64,000 nucleotides of DNA from Nitrosopumilus sp. (GTDB taxonomy: Archaea; Thermoproteota; Nitrososphaeria; Nitrososphaerales; Nitrosopumilaceae). Location of the stretch: contig OZ252243.1 of assembly GCA_965249555.1 (NCBI GenBank), forward strand, positions 1 to 64,000, given 5' to 3'. A model generated the notes under the pieces. It saw nothing but the letters and a program-made list of their open reading frames with translations, had not been told where the DNA came from and did no database searches. This document shows, piece after piece, positions 26,919 to 42,300 of this stretch. The position numbers and the translations under genes are program-made. The number at the start of each line of letters is the position of its first letter. Position 1 is the first letter of the stretch.

Positions 26919-27339
26919 TGTTTTGTAGAATATATAATATCATATGAATCTTACAGGAAGAATGTTAGAACTTTGAATATGTGGACTCTTGTAGCCATAC
27001 CAGAATACAGACTTTACAACGAGTTTATAATAATTTAATGTATTATTTTTCTACTTTAATTAATCCTGCACTAACTGCATCAGTATACTACATGTAACAT
27101 CTCACATGATGGTCAATACAAATTCCAAGGCTTGGTAAGATCTAAACTAGCTTGTATTACTTTATGTATTTTATATAGCATATCAGTAATTTCAGTGGGT
27201 GATTCTTGTTCCAGTCTTTTTTACATTTCTCATGCCATCAATTATTATCCTCCCTGGTTCTGAGGCATCATCATCCAAGTACATGATTATATAATTATAT
27301 GATTATATGATTATATAATTCTCAAATATGTGACGGAAC

Positions 27340-30300
27340 CTAGTCGTTCCAGCTAAGATCAGAGTCCTCATATATCATACAGTCACACAGCATCTCCTGG
27401 GCCAGCATCTCTTGTATGGATAGTGATTCCAGCAATGTGAGATCTGATACTCTGTCCAGCCTTAATGGCATATCATATGAGAATGATTCATCCAAGGTTC
27501 CCTGAATTGCCTTACTATCAAAGATTAGAGTTGCCCTATCCTGCTCATCAATTACCAGGCTTGCAAAGTTTGAATGAATTCTAGTCATTACGCTTGTTGG
27601 CGAATCATCTCTTTGTTGCATATCAGGTCTTGTAATCTGCAACCAGGTGCCATAGTCATTTTGTGACCATATGTATCCATATTGGTCCTCCCAGACCTGG
27701 TAACGTCTGTCCTGCTGGGTTAGTGATATGGTCTCAAACGGATTCTGGTTGCCATGCTTTTGTTTTAACTCATGAGTTGCTGCTGCAAGTAATGCTTCTC
27801 CTGTAAACTCTACACCTTCGTTGATATATGTGGTAGTAGAATAACGTTGTTTGTCAACTGCATTAATTGCCAATACTTCATGGGATAATGGTGCCATTAT
27901 TACAAATGATATGGTAACATCAAAGCACCTCTCTGCAGTATCTGATGATGTACATTTGACTTTACTAATTGTTGCACCAGTCATGTTCTGATTTACCAGT
28001 CCCTCTTTTTGCTCATGGACTATATCTGCAATGTCATAGCCTGCAGGACTGGTATAGTTGCTATTTACATTCACTATAATGTGGGACTCTGCATTAGTCT
28101 TCAGGCCAACTTCTGGAACTCCAAGGGATAGAGATACGGACTTTAGGCCATTTGTTGCATAGCCTTTGATGTGGACTGTATTGTTATCACCAATAATGCT
28201 GCTAGTCATATTAAAGTCAGTGTGCCAGTTGTTTGTAATGGTTAATGGCATGCCATTAAAGACAAAGCCGTCATCAACTAGCTGTACTGCTTGATTATTC
28301 CAATGTTTGCCAAAGGTTGGCTTTGTTTTCCATTCATTAGAATCTCCACCTTTTTTCTTTGGTGTTTCAGTTCCAGGAGTTACACTAGCGATGCCACCAG
28401 CTGGTGTTGTATCAAGTGTAATGACTACAGCTGGTGATGCAGCAGATGTGTTTGGTCCATCAGATGCTGTTACAGTGAATGAGTTGGCACCCTCAGTCAG
28501 TTCAGCTGTAAATGAGAAATTCCCTGAACCATCGACAGTTGTCGTATCAACTGATGTTCCTCCACGGAACAGTTCCACAGTTGACCCAATTTCAGCTGTA
28601 CCATCAATTGTGATTGGTGATGAGGAAACAGTTGCAGGTGGTGTGGTAATTGCAGGAACTGGTGGTGCTATAATGTCAGGTGCTGTATCAGTCCTTGCAG
28701 GAAACTCGTCAGAAGGATCACTTGTCCCGGCAGAATTTGTTGCCGTAATGGTATACTTGTACGGTGTGTCAGCAGTCAGGCCAGTATCAGTGGCAGTCAG
28801 TCCAGTTGTTGGCACATCAACATTGCCGCCTGCAACAATTCTGGTCACGGTGTAACTTTCGGCATTATTTACTGCAACCCATGAGAGCGTTATGCTTGTC
28901 AGAGTGGCATCTGCAAATTCAAGTGTAGGTGTTTCAGGTACAGTTGGTGCAGCAGCTGTAGTTGCAGTAACCAGATCGGCAGATCTGGCGAGGACATGTG
29001 GAACGCCATCAAATGCGACGACAGAATAAGTGTAAACTGTTTCAGGAGTCAGGTCGGTAAAAGTATGGGATGTACCACCGACACCTACTATTTGGGAACT
29101 ATCAGATCTAATCAACGAATAGACGACGGTACCATCCACTACAGTCCATGTAATCTCAATGCTTGTCGGAGTGATTTCTCCTGCGACAAGTTCAATTGGT
29201 GCCAGAGGTGTAGATACAATCAGATCCTCAGAGAAGGCACTTGCCCCACCAACAGCATTAGTTGATATGGCACGATACGTGTAGGATGTTCCGGGAGTTA
29301 CTATATTATCAGTGTAGGATAATTCAGTGGTAGTTGTTAGGGGAACGTCGATATCAGTTCTATACAATTTGTATTCTGTGGCACCAGTTGGTGCAGTCCA
29401 TTCAATCACAATGCTGTTATGAGTGACTGTTCCTTCTCCAAGTACAGGTGGGGCAGGTGTTGTAGCTGCGTCAGGATTCGATCCAGTCGTTGCACGTGTG
29501 GTTGCAACTTGCCTACTATCAAATGAAAGGGTGACTGTATCATCAAAGTTAAAGCCAACTGTTATTGTGGTCTGTTTTTCTACTGCTCCTGATACATCCT
29601 CAGCTGAAACATCAACAGTGTCAGTCAGCGTACCTGCCGTAATCGTAAATGTGCCTGCCTGTAAGGCTGTAAATGTCACAAGTAATGTGTCTGCAGCTGC
29701 CGGATTAGTAATCACGAAAGAGTCTGATACAATTGCCTGCGTTGGAGTAGTTACATCCAACCTAGTAGCTGCACTTCCTTGAACGCCGTCTCCGATACCG
29801 GTTGGATTAACTGATCTGACATAATATGTGTAGGATGTTCCAGGAGTCAATCCAGTAATATCAAATGATAGCTCAGTGATGGCATTAGAATCGATATGTG
29901 CAGCATTAGGATCGGTATAAAGCAAATATCCTATGGCACCATCCACTGGATCCCATTCAATCACAACACTTGTCGGAGTGATTTCTCCTACTCTAAGTAC
30001 AGGGGCGGCAGGCGCAGTCCTTATGGATAAACTGCCAATTTGTACACCACCAAATGAGAGGGATACATCTCCATCATAATTAACCCCGACTGGTACTACA
30101 GTAGATGATGTTTTATTCAACTCACCATCTGCAATGCTGACAGTAATGCTCTGATCAGCATCATATCTAATTATGAAATCACCGGATTTTAATGGTACAA
30201 AGGATATTAGTACATGATCAAGGCTTATTGCGACATCAAAAAATGCTTCAGTAGCTGGTGCTGCAGGTGTAGTTACAGACACGACATTGGAACTTGCACC

Positions 30301-33300
30301 TTCCCCAGCTAGAGCCACTGCCCTTATGGAATAGGTGTAAGCTGTTTCAGGTTCCAAGGTATCAGCATATGAGGTCCCAGTGACTGGTATCTCAATTGAT
30401 CCTGTGCCACCTGTTCTGCTCAGCGTATAACCAGTTGCACTAGTCTGCGCATCCCATGAGAGAACTACACTGTTATGAGTAGGGATTGCTGCAGTAAGTG
30501 CTGGGGTGCCAGGTACAGTCGATATGGATTCCCTTGCATATTCATGTCCACCAAATGAGATGACAACATCACCAATAAAGCCATGACCAGTTAGTAGTGT
30601 AATAACTGGGATGATACCACCTACCTCATCAGTATTAATAGTCCAGTTCGTGCTCGGACCACCTACTGCTTGAATCACAAATGTGCCTGCCCTTAACGGA
30701 ACAAAGGATACCTCTACATCTCCATCAGCATTCGCAGTAGTATCAAAAGAGCCTGCCCTGATTGCCAGTGTCCTTGCAGATTTGCTTGCAACTGTCTCAC
30801 CATCAAGTGAGAGGGTGACTATATCATCAAAGACAAAGCCGACTGTTATTGTTTCCTCTTTTTCTACTGAACCTGATACATCCTCAGCTGAGACAGCAAC
30901 AGTATCACTTGACTCACTAGATGTAATCGTAAATGTGCCTTCCTTTAAGGCTGTAAATTTCACAAGTAATGTGTCTGCATTTGCCGTATTGGTAACCTCA
31001 AAAGAGTTTGCCTCTATTGCCGGAGTATCAGCTTGAGTTGAGGTCCTTGCAGAAAACTCTAGAGAAGTACTTGTCCCGGCAGTATTTGTTGCCGTAATGA
31101 CATACTTGTACTCTGTATCAGCATCCAAGTTCTCATCAATGGCAGTCAATGCATTGCCTGAGAACACTACCACATTGGCACTGCCATCAACAACTCTGGT
31201 CAGAGTGTAACTGTCGACATTATCCACTGCCTCCCATGATAATGTTATGGTGTCATGAGTAGTTGTCCCGAGAACAAGTGTCGCAAAGCCAGGTGCAGGT
31301 TCAGATCCAGTCGTTACAGATTCCCTTGCAACCTCGGCACCGCCTGCAATTAAAATGATAACATTGCCAGTATAATCATACCCGACTGTTTCTATGTGAA
31401 TGTTTGGGATGGATGCATCACCAATTCTAAAGTTAATGGTAGAACCATTCTCAAATTCAATTACAAAATTACCGGTGTGTGAGGATGTGAAGGTTATAGT
31501 TACTTTATCTCCGTCAGTATGAGGGGCACTGGTGAGAGTGTATGTGTGAGAATCAGTACTTGCAGTGACCTCGTTGGAAGGTTCACTTGGTCCAACGGAA
31601 TTTGTAGCTATAAGGGTATACTTGTACTCTGTGTCTGCAGTCAGGTTCTCATCAGTGAAAGTCGTTGCATCGCCGGATAACGCTTCAGTACCAGCAGCAC
31701 TGCCTGCAAGGGTTCTGGTTAAAGTGTAACTGTTGGCATTACCCACTGTACCCCATGAAAGTGATACAGTTGTATCAGTGGTAGAGTCTACAGAAAGCAC
31801 AGGAGTTGCAGGTACAGTTGGTGCATCAGCAGTCCTTGTAGTCAACTCTGCAAATTCACTTCCTTGAATGCCGTCTCCGATACCGGTTGGATTAACTGAT
31901 CTGACATAATATGTGTAGGATGTTTCAGGAGTCAAATCAGGAATATAAAATGATAGCTCAGTGGGGAAATTAAGACGGATATGACCAACAGTAGGATCGT
32001 CATAAATCAAATATCCTATGGCACCATCCACTGCATCCCATTCAATCGTTATACTTGTCGGAGTGACTGCCCCTACTCTAAGTGAAGGAGGTGCAGGCGA
32101 AGTCGTTATGGATAAACTGTCAACTTGTGCACCATCAAATGAGAGGGTTATATCTCCATTATAATTATACCCGACTGGTACTAGAGTAGATGATGTTTCA
32201 CCCAACTCATCATTTGTAATGCTGACAGTAATGCTCTGATCAGTACCATATCCAATTATGAAATCACCGGATTTTAATGGTACAAAGGATATTAGTACAT
32301 CTTCAGCGCGTGTTTCGATAGCAAAAGGTTCTTGAATTGCAGGTATCTCAATTGGCGTACCAGGTGATGCAGTCGAACTTGTAGATACAACCAGATTGGC
32401 AGATGTGTCACTGGTCTGGGAGATATCATTGTGTGATTCGGCGTGATAAATGTAAATCGTTTCGGGTTCCAAGGAATCATCAGTGTATGATACGTCAGGG
32501 GTAGTTGCTATGGGTATATTATTTTTATACAATTTGTATTCTTGAGCACCAGTTGATTCTTCCCATACAATCAGAATGCTTGTAGGAGTTATTGTTGTTG
32601 CCCTAATTGTAGGAGGGGCAGGTTCTGTGTTTATTGGTATACTGTCAATTGCATCACTGCCAAAGAAGAGGGCGACGGTTCTATTGAAATTATAACCGAC
32701 TGATACTATAGTGGTTGATGCTGAACCTTCATCACCAGCTGCAATGGTGACAGGGATGCTCTGATCACCATATTTAATGGTAAACTCACCGGATATTGTT
32801 GGTACAAAGAATACGGATATCTCATCACCATCAGCTGCAACATCAAAAGATTGTGCAGCCGAACTTATGGTTACGGCAAACTCTGCAGAAGGAGCACTTG
32901 TTTTGCCCTCAGGTGTTGTTGATGTAATTATATAATTATATTCTGTATCAGCAATCAGGTTCTCATCAGTGGCAGTCAATATATCGCCTGATGCCACTGT
33001 TACATCATTAATGCTATCAACAACTCTGGTCAGGGTATAAGTTTCGGCATTATTCACTGAATTCCATGAGAGCGTTATGCTTGTTGGAGTGACTGCTCCC
33101 AGTAAAAGTGTCGGAGTTTCAGGTATGGTTGTATCAGTTGGTGCTGCAGTTGTAGATACCGCAAACTCTGCAGAAGGAGTACTTGTCCCGGCAGAATTTG
33201 TTGCCGTAATTATATAATTGTAATCAGTTGCAGGTTCCAAGTTCCCATCAGTGTATGATGTACCAGTAATGTCGGGTATCTCTGTTGTCTCTATGCCAAC

Positions 33301-36300
33301 AGTTCTGGTCAAAGTGTAAGTTTTGGCATAATCCACTGCACCCCATGATAACGTTATAGTTGTATCAGTGGTTGCTCCTGCGACAAGTGTGGGAGTAGCA
33401 GGTGCAGGTGCTGCAGCTGTACTTGCAGTAACCTCGTTAGATGAACCACTTGTACCGGCAGCATTTGTTGCCGTAATGACATACCTGTACGGTGTCTCAG
33501 CAGTCAGGCCAGTATCAGTGGCAGTCAATGCATCAGTTGTTGGCACTAGTACATTAGCACCGCCTGCAACAATTCTGGTCAGGGTGTAACTGTCGGCACC
33601 AACCCTATCCCATGATAGTGTTATGGTATTATGAGCGGTATCTGTAATTCTGAGTGTCGGAGTTGCAGGAGATGTAGTTACAGATAACGGTACTGATGGT
33701 TGGCTTTTCACAGTACGATCACTGTTATATGATTCGACAGTAAAGGAATAAGTTGTTCCAGGAGTTAAATTAATGTATGTATGCGTTGTGCCAATAACTG
33801 TTATTGGTCGTAAGCCCTCTAGGTGCAAGAAATAGTCAGCAGCGCCATGTATAGCAGTCCATGTAATTGTTACACTTGTACCAGTGATTTCTCCTAGTTC
33901 AAGTACTGGTGCGGCCAGTGTTGTAGCCACATCCAGATCATCAGAGTCCTCACTTGACCCGGCAGAATTTGTTGCTGTGGCGTGATATGTGTAGAATTTT
34001 CCCGGAGTTACTGTAGTATCAGTGTGGGATAATTCAGTGGTAGTAGTTGCTATGGAAACATCATCCCTGAACAGCTTGTATCCTGTGGCACCCTCCACTA
34101 TATCCCATGTAATCACTATGCTTGTATCAGTGATTGCCCCGGTACCAAGTGCTGGTGCTGCAGGAACCGTAAGTACAGGTAACGCCGATGATGGTGAGCT
34201 TTTCACAGAATCACTGCTGCGTGACTCTGCAGCGAAAGAATAATCTGTACCGGCAGTCAGGCCAGTAACAGTATGCGTTGTGCCAGTAACTGTTGCTATT
34301 GGTGTTGCAGAATTATCTTGGTACAATAAATAGTCAGCAGCGCCATGTATAGCAGTCCATGTAATTATTACAGTTGTATCAGTGACTGCTCCTTTCACAA
34401 GTACTGGTGGTGCTATGGTTGTAGCTGCGGTCAGATCCTTAGATGCGTCACTTGGCCCGGCAGAATTAGTTGCTGTGGCGTGATATGTGTAGGATTTTCC
34501 CGGAGTCAATTCATCATCAGTGTGGGATAATTCAGTGGTGGTAGTTGCTATGGAAACATCATCCCTGAACAGCTCGTATCCTGTGGCACCATCCACTATA
34601 TCCCATGAAATCACAATGCTTGTATCAGTGACTGCTCCCCTCACAAGTACAGGTGGTTCAGATGCTACGGCATTTTTAGCAGGTATATCTGCCCATACCG
34701 TACCGCCTTCATATAATATAGTAAAACTACTACCAGTACCTTGCGTACCAGTATCGCCAGTTACGCCGATTCTGTCAGCGGCATTTGCCAGTTCAAGATC
34801 TGTACTCAAAGAAATAATATGGGAATCGGTAAACACCTCTGCAAGTGTACTTTGACTGCCGCCTGTATCTAGATGAATAATATATGCGCCTTCTACAGAT
34901 GGTACATTCTCCCAGGACAGTCTGATGAAATTGTTAGCCAGTCTTTCAACTGTTAGAGTTGGTGCTGTGGTGTCAGATACGGTAATTGTAATTGATTTTT
35001 GGTCTGGCGTGTTACCTGCCGCATCAGCTGGTGCATCATACAATACGGTGTATTCTCCTATACTACTGGTGTCAGGTGTATTACCTGTAACTGCTACTGT
35101 TTCAGAGTAGGCGGGGTCATTATCTTCTACAGTAGCGTCAGGTATAGTGTAGGTGTTGGTTTGAGTTAACTCTATTGTTTCACTGGATCCTGTTACTGTG
35201 ATTACCGGTTTTTCGGTATCAAGTGTAATGACTAAAGCTGATGATGGACCAGATGTGTTTGCTCCATCAGATGCCGTTACAGTGAATGAGTTCTCGCCAT
35301 CAGTCAGTGTAACTGTAAATGAGAAATTCCCTGAACCATCGGCAGTTGCCGTACCAGCTGGTGTTGCTCCATTGAATAGTGCTACAGTTGTCCCGGCCTC
35401 AGCCGTACCATCAATCGTGAATGATGGTGTATTGACAGTTGCAGGTGAGGTGGTGATTTCAGGAACTGCTGGTGCTGTTGTATCTGTAACTGTAACTGTT
35501 CTAGTTACTGTGTCTGCATGGTTTCCAGCCGCATCATCCACATCAAAGGTGACATCATAGGTTCCAACCGTACCGATATCAACTGTATCTCCGCCAACAA
35601 CTACACCACTTGTGATATCCCCATCAGTGTTATCAGTTGCAGAATAGGTGAATGCTGTGTATGTTTCTCCAAGTTCAAGGGAGAATGAATCTTCATTAAC
35701 TGTGATAGATGGTGCTGTTGTATCAGGTGCTGTTGTATCAGGTGCTGTTGTATCAGGTGCAGGTGGAGTCGTTATGGATACACTGCCAACTTCCACACCA
35801 CCAAATGAGAGGGTGACAGGGTTGTCATAATTATACCCGACTGGCACTATAGTAGTTGATGTTTCACCCAACTCATCATTTGCAATGCTGACAGTTCTCT
35901 GATCAGTACCATATCCAATTATGAAATTGCCGGATTTTAATGGCACAAAGGATACGGATGCGTCATCAGCGCCAGCTATGACACCAAAAGAGCCTGATTC
36001 TATTGCAGGTATCTCAATTGGCGTACCAGGTGTTGCAGTCGAACGTGTAGATACAACCAGGTCGGCAGATTTGCCACTTTGCTGTGAAGCGGCGTTAGAT
36101 GATGTGGCATGATAAATGTAAATCGTTTCAGGAGTCAAGCCAGTGTCAGTGTATGATGTATCAAAGGCATATTCTATGAATACACCATTTCTAAACAACG
36201 AATATAACACGGCACCAGTCACTTTACTCCATTCAATCTCAATGCTTGATTCGGTGATTTCTACTGCTCTAAGTGTGGGTGCGGCTAGAACTGTATCAGT

Positions 36301-39300
36301 TGATGCTGCAGTTGTAGATGCTGCAAACTTTGCAGAAGGAGCACTTGGCCCGGCAGAATTTGTTGCCGTAATTATATAATTGTAATCTGCATCAACAATC
36401 AGGCCAGTATCTGTGGCAGTCAATATATCGCCGGATATCACTGTTACATCATTAATGCCATCAACAATTCTGGTCAGGGTGTAACTGTCGGCATTATCCA
36501 CTTTAACCCATGATAACGTTATGCTTGTTTCAGTGACTTCTCCCAGTACAAGTACGGGAGTAGCAGGTGGTGCTATGGTTGTAACTGCAACCAGATCCTC
36601 AGATGGAACGCTTGTCCCGGCAGCGTTAGTTGATGTGGCATGATATGTGTAGGATGTTCCGGGAGTTACCATATTATCAGTGTAGGATAATTCAGTGACA
36701 GGTCCCAGGGAAACATCATCTCTGAATAGCTCGTATTCTGTGACACCATCCACTGCACCCCATGAAATCACAACACTTGTCGGAGTGATTTCTCCTTTAA
36801 CAAGTACGGGTGGGGCAGGTCCAGTAGTTACAGATACACTGCCAACTTGTGCACCATCAAATGAGAGGGTGACAGGGTTGTCATAATTATACCCGACTGG
36901 CACTATAGTAGTTGATGTTTCACCCAACTCATCATTTGCAATGCTGACAGTTCTCTGATCAGTACCATATCCAATTATGAAATTGCCGGATTTTAATGGC
37001 ACAAAGGATACGGATGCGTCATCAGCGCCAGCTATGACACCAAAAGAGTCCGATACAATTGGAGGTATCGCAATTGGCGTACCAGGTGTTGCAGTCGAAC
37101 GTGTAGATACAACCAGATTGGCAGATGGTTCACTTGTCTGGGAAATGTCGTTAGTTGATGTGGCATGATAAATGTAAATCGTTTCAGGAGTCAAGCCAGT
37201 GTCAGTGTAGGATAATGCAGTGACAGTTTCCAAGAAAGCATCATCTCTGAATAGCTCGTATCCTGTGGCACCAGTTGGTGCAGTCCATTCAATCACAATG
37301 CTTGTTTCAGTGATTGCTCCTGCGACAAGTTCAGGAGGTGCTATGGTTGTAGATATTTCCAGATCAGCAGAGTTGTCACTTGTCTGGGGAATGTCGTTAG
37401 TTGATATGGCATGATAAGTGTAGGATGTTCCGGGAGTTACTATATTATCAGAATATGATGTACCAGTGACAGGTCCCAGGGAAGCATCATCTCTGAATAG
37501 CTCGTATCCTGTGGCACCCTCCACTATATCCCATGCAATCACTATACTTGTCGGAGTGATTGCTCCCGGTCTAAGTGTAGGTGGTGCTATGGTTGTAACT
37601 GCAACCAGATCCTCAGATGGAACGCTTGTCTCGGCAGCGTTAGTTGATGTGGCATGATATGTGTAGGATGTTCCGGGAGTTACTATATTATCAGAATATG
37701 ATGTACCAGTGACAGTTCCCAAGGAAGCATCATCTCTGAATAGCTCGTATCCTGTGGCACCAGTTGATGCAGTCCATTCAATCACTATACTTGTCGGAGT
37801 GATTGCACCAGGTCTAAGTGTAGGAGGTGCTATGGTTGTAACTGCAATCAAATCCTCAGAGTTGTCACTTGCCTGCAAAGCACGGTTAGTTGATGTGGCA
37901 TGATATGTGTAGGATGTGTAAGGATCCAAGCCAGTGTCAGTGTAGGATAAACCAAAAATAGCTCTTATGAGACTGTCATCTCTATACAACTTGTAGAAGT
38001 GGGCATTTGGTTGTGCATCCCATGAAATCACTATACTTGTCGAATTGATTGCTCCTTTCACAAGTACGGGTGGGGCAGGTAGTGGATGTGCCCTAGCTGT
38101 AGTTGCAGCCCGATTGGCAGAGTCCTCACTTGTCCCAGCAGAATTAGTTGCTGTGGCATGATATGTGTAGGATGTTGCAGGAGTCAAGGTCTCATCAGTG
38201 TAGAATAATTCAGTGGTAGTTGTCACTGAGTTGCCATCTCTAAACAGCTCGTATCCTGTGGCACCAGTCACTATATCCCATGCAATCACTATGCTTGTCG
38301 AAGTGATTTCTCCTGTCCTAAGTGCAGGTGCGGCAGGTGGAGTTGCTGCATCAGTCCTTGCAGCAACCTCGGCAGAACTATCACTTGTCCCGACAGAATT
38401 TGTTGCCGTAATGGTATACTTGTAATCTGTATCAGGTTCCAAGTTCTCATCAGTGGTAGTCAATACGTTGGTTTCTAATAGCACCGTTACAGCAGGATTG
38501 TTTCCAAGGGTTCTGCTCAGGGTGTAGCTGTCGGCATTCTCCACTGCAACCCATGAAAGTGATATAGTTGTATCAGTAGTTGCTCCTGCAGAAAGTATGG
38601 GTGCTGCAGGTGCAGTTGGTTCAGGTCCTACTGTTACAGTTTCAGTGATTGTTGTGGTTTGTCCATTGCTGTCAGTTACAGTATAAGTTACGACATACTC
38701 TCCAGAAGCGTTGACATTTACTGTTTCACCGCCAACTATACTGGATGCAATTCCTGAGATATCAAATGCATTGTTAATTACACCTTGGGTGTATGTTTCG
38801 CCAAATGGTACTGCAGTGGAATAGTCAACTGTGTTGCCATCAACATCAAAGGTTGGCGGTGTGGTATCAGATACGGTAATTACAATTGATTTTTGGTCTG
38901 GTGTGTTATTTGCCGCATCATCTGGTGCATCATACAATACGGTGTATACTCCTACAACACGGGTGTCAGGTGTATTACCAGAGACTGTTACTGTTTCAGA
39001 GTAATTTGGGTCATTATCAGTTACAGTGGCGCCTTGTTCTGTGTAGGTGTTGGTTGCAGTTAATTCAATTCTTTGGGTGGATCCTGTTGGTGTGATAGAT
39101 GGCGGTGTGTTATCTGTAACTGTAACTGTTCTAGTTACTGTAACTGCAGAGTTTCCAGCCGCATCATCTACATCAAAGGTAACAGTGTAAGTATTAGCTA
39201 TACTGGTATCAACTGTATCTCCAACAACTACCTTACCTGTGATATCTCCATCAGTGTCATCAGTTGCAGAATAGGTGAATGGCACGTATGTTTCTCCAAG

Positions 39301-42300
39301 TTCAACGGAGAATGAATCCTTATTGACTGTGATAGATGGTGCTGTATCATCAGGTGCAGGTCCGGTAGTTACAGATTCCCTTGCAACCTCGACACCGCCG
39401 GCAATTGAAATGATAACATTGCCAGTATAATCATACCCGACTGTTTCTGTGTGAATGTTTGGGGTGGCTGCATCATCTATTGGAAAGTTAATGGTAGAAC
39501 CATTCTCAAATTCAATTACAAAATTACCGGTGTGTGAGGATGTGAAGGTTATAGTTACTTTATCTCCGTCAGTATGAGGGGCACTGGTGAGAGTGTATGT
39601 GGAAGAATCAGTACTTGCAGTAACCTCGTTGGAAGGTTCACTTGATCCAACGGAATTTGTAGCTATAAGGGTATACTTGTACTCTGTGTCTGCAGTCAGG
39701 TTCTCATCAGTGAAAGTCGTTGCATCGCCGGATAACGTTTCAGTACCAGCAGCACTGCCTGCAAGGGTTCTGCTCAGGGTGTAACTGTTGGCATTACCCA
39801 CTGTACCCCATGAAAGTGATATGGTTGTATCAGTGGTAGAGTCTACAGAAAGCACAGGTATTTCAGGTACAGTTGGTGCAACAGTTGGTGCTGCAAGTGT
39901 AGTTACAGACACGACATCAGAGGCGGCACTGTCTCCAGCTATAGACACTGCCCTTATGGAATAGGTGTAAGTTGTTTCAGGTTCCAAGGTATCATCATAT
40001 GAGGTTCCAGTGACTGCTATCTCAGTTGGTCCTGTGCCACCTGTTCTGCTCAGCGTATAACCAGTTGCACCAGTCTGCGCATCCCATGAGAACACTACAC
40101 TGTTATGAGTAATATCTCCTTTGACAAGTGTCGGGGTGCCAGGTATAGTTGATACTGATTCCCTTGCATATTCATGTCCACCAAATGAGATGACAATCTC
40201 ACCAATAAAGCCATGACCAGTTGATAGTGTAATATTTTCGGTGGCATTACCTACTTCATCAGTATTAATAGTCCAGAGCGTGCTCGGACCACCTACTGCT
40301 TGAATCAGAAATGTGCCTGCTCTTAATGGTACAAAGGATACAGTTACATCTCCATCATCACGTGCAGTAGCGATAAATGTGCCTGCCTTGATTGCCAGAG
40401 TCCTTGCAGACTGGCTTGCAACATCCTTACTGTCAAATGAGAGGGTTACATCACCATCAAAGTCATACCCAACTGTTATTGTGCTCTCTTTTACTGCTGA
40501 ATCTGATACATCCTCAGCTGAGACAGCAACTGTATCACTTGACTCACTAGATGTAATCGTAAATGTGCCTTCCTTTAAGGCTGTAAATGTCACAAGTAAT
40601 TTGTCTGCATTTGCCGTATGGGTAACCTCAAAAGAGCCTGTCTTTATTGCCGGCGTTTCAACTGGTGCTGCAGTTGTAGATGCTGCAAACTCTGCAGAAG
40701 GATCACTTGTACCGGCAGTATTTGTTGCCACAATGACATACTTGTAATTAGTTGAAGGAGTCAGGTTCCTATCTGTGGCAGACAATATATCGCCTGATTC
40801 CACCACTACATTATCACCGCCATCAACAATTCTGGTCAGAGTGTAAGTTTCGGCATTAGCCACTGCAACCCATGCGAGCTCTATGGTATTATGAGTATTA
40901 GATGCAATACCAAGTGCGGGAGTAGCAGGTGGAGCAGTTGCTGCAATTACTTTGTATATTCTGGTTTTACCAACAGCTGGGTTTGTACCATCAGTTGAGG
41001 AATAAGTGATAGTGTAATCGCCTACTGTGGTAACATCAACAGTTCCGGATGTATTAATTTCAGAGCCATCATCAGTTGAGACTCCTTCAAGAAGTTTTGG
41101 TGCAGGTGAGTTTAGTTCAAGAGTGATTTCCTCTGGAGTTACTGTGATTACTGGTGGAGTAGTATCAATTGATGCTGTTCCAGTTGTAGTTGCAGTAACC
41201 GTATTAGAACGAACACTTTCCCCAAAAGTATTTGTTGCTGTAACGAAATACTTGTACTCTGTACCAGAAAGCAGACTATCATCATCGGTACTGAGTCCGC
41301 TGGTGCCTGACAACACTATTACATCATTACCGCCATCAACAATTCTGGTTAAAGTGTAACTGTCGGCATTACCCACTGCAGTCCATGAAAGGAATATAAT
41401 TGCATCAAGAGTTATGTCTACAGAAAGTACGGGTGCGGCTGGTGGTGTAGTTAATGCTGTTCCAGTTGAAGTTGCAGAAACCACGTTAGAACTGGTAATT
41501 ACCCCAGCACCATCAAATGCTGTGACATGATATCTGTAGGTCGTTCCAGGAAACACAGTATCAATGTGTGTTGTCCCTGCAATATTTCCTCCTTGCGGAC
41601 GGCCATCTCTATACACCTTATAGTATGTGGCATCAGTCACTGAAGTCCATGAAAGTGCTATACTTGTATCAGTAATTGCTCCTACAGAAATTACAAATGG
41701 ATCTTCTACTGTTACAGTTTCAGTGATGATAGCAGATAATCCATTGTTGTCAGTTACGGTATAAGTTACGACATACTCTCCAGAAGCGTTGACATTTACT
41801 GTTTCACCGCCAACTATACTGGATGCAATTCCTGAGATATCAAATGCATTGTTAATTACACCTTGGGTGTATGTTCCGCCAAATGGTACTGTAGTGGAAT
41901 AGTCAACTGTGTTACCATCAACATCAAAGGTTGGCGGTGTGGTATCAACTACAGAAATTACAATTGATTGTTGGTCTGGTGTGTTGCCTGCCGCATCATC
42001 TGGTGCATCATACAATACGGTGTAAACTCCTATACTACTGGTGTCAGGTGTATCACCAGAGACTGCTACTGTTCTAGGGTAGGCCGGGTCATTATCAGTT
42101 ACGGTGCCGCCTTGTTCTGTGTAGGTGTCAGTTGCAGTTAATTCAATTCTTTGGGTGGATCCTGCTGGTGTGATAACTGGTGGTGTAGTATCTGTAACTG
42201 TAACTGTTCTAGTTACTGTTTCTGCAGGGTTTCCAGCTGCATCATTTACATCAAAGGTAACATCATAGGTTCCAGCTGTATCGGTATCAGCTGGATATCC

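Noticed and set aside
29760-32050. DGR template/variable repeat pair
   Set aside because: Differences between the paired domains are not adenine-specific and no reverse transcriptase is present.
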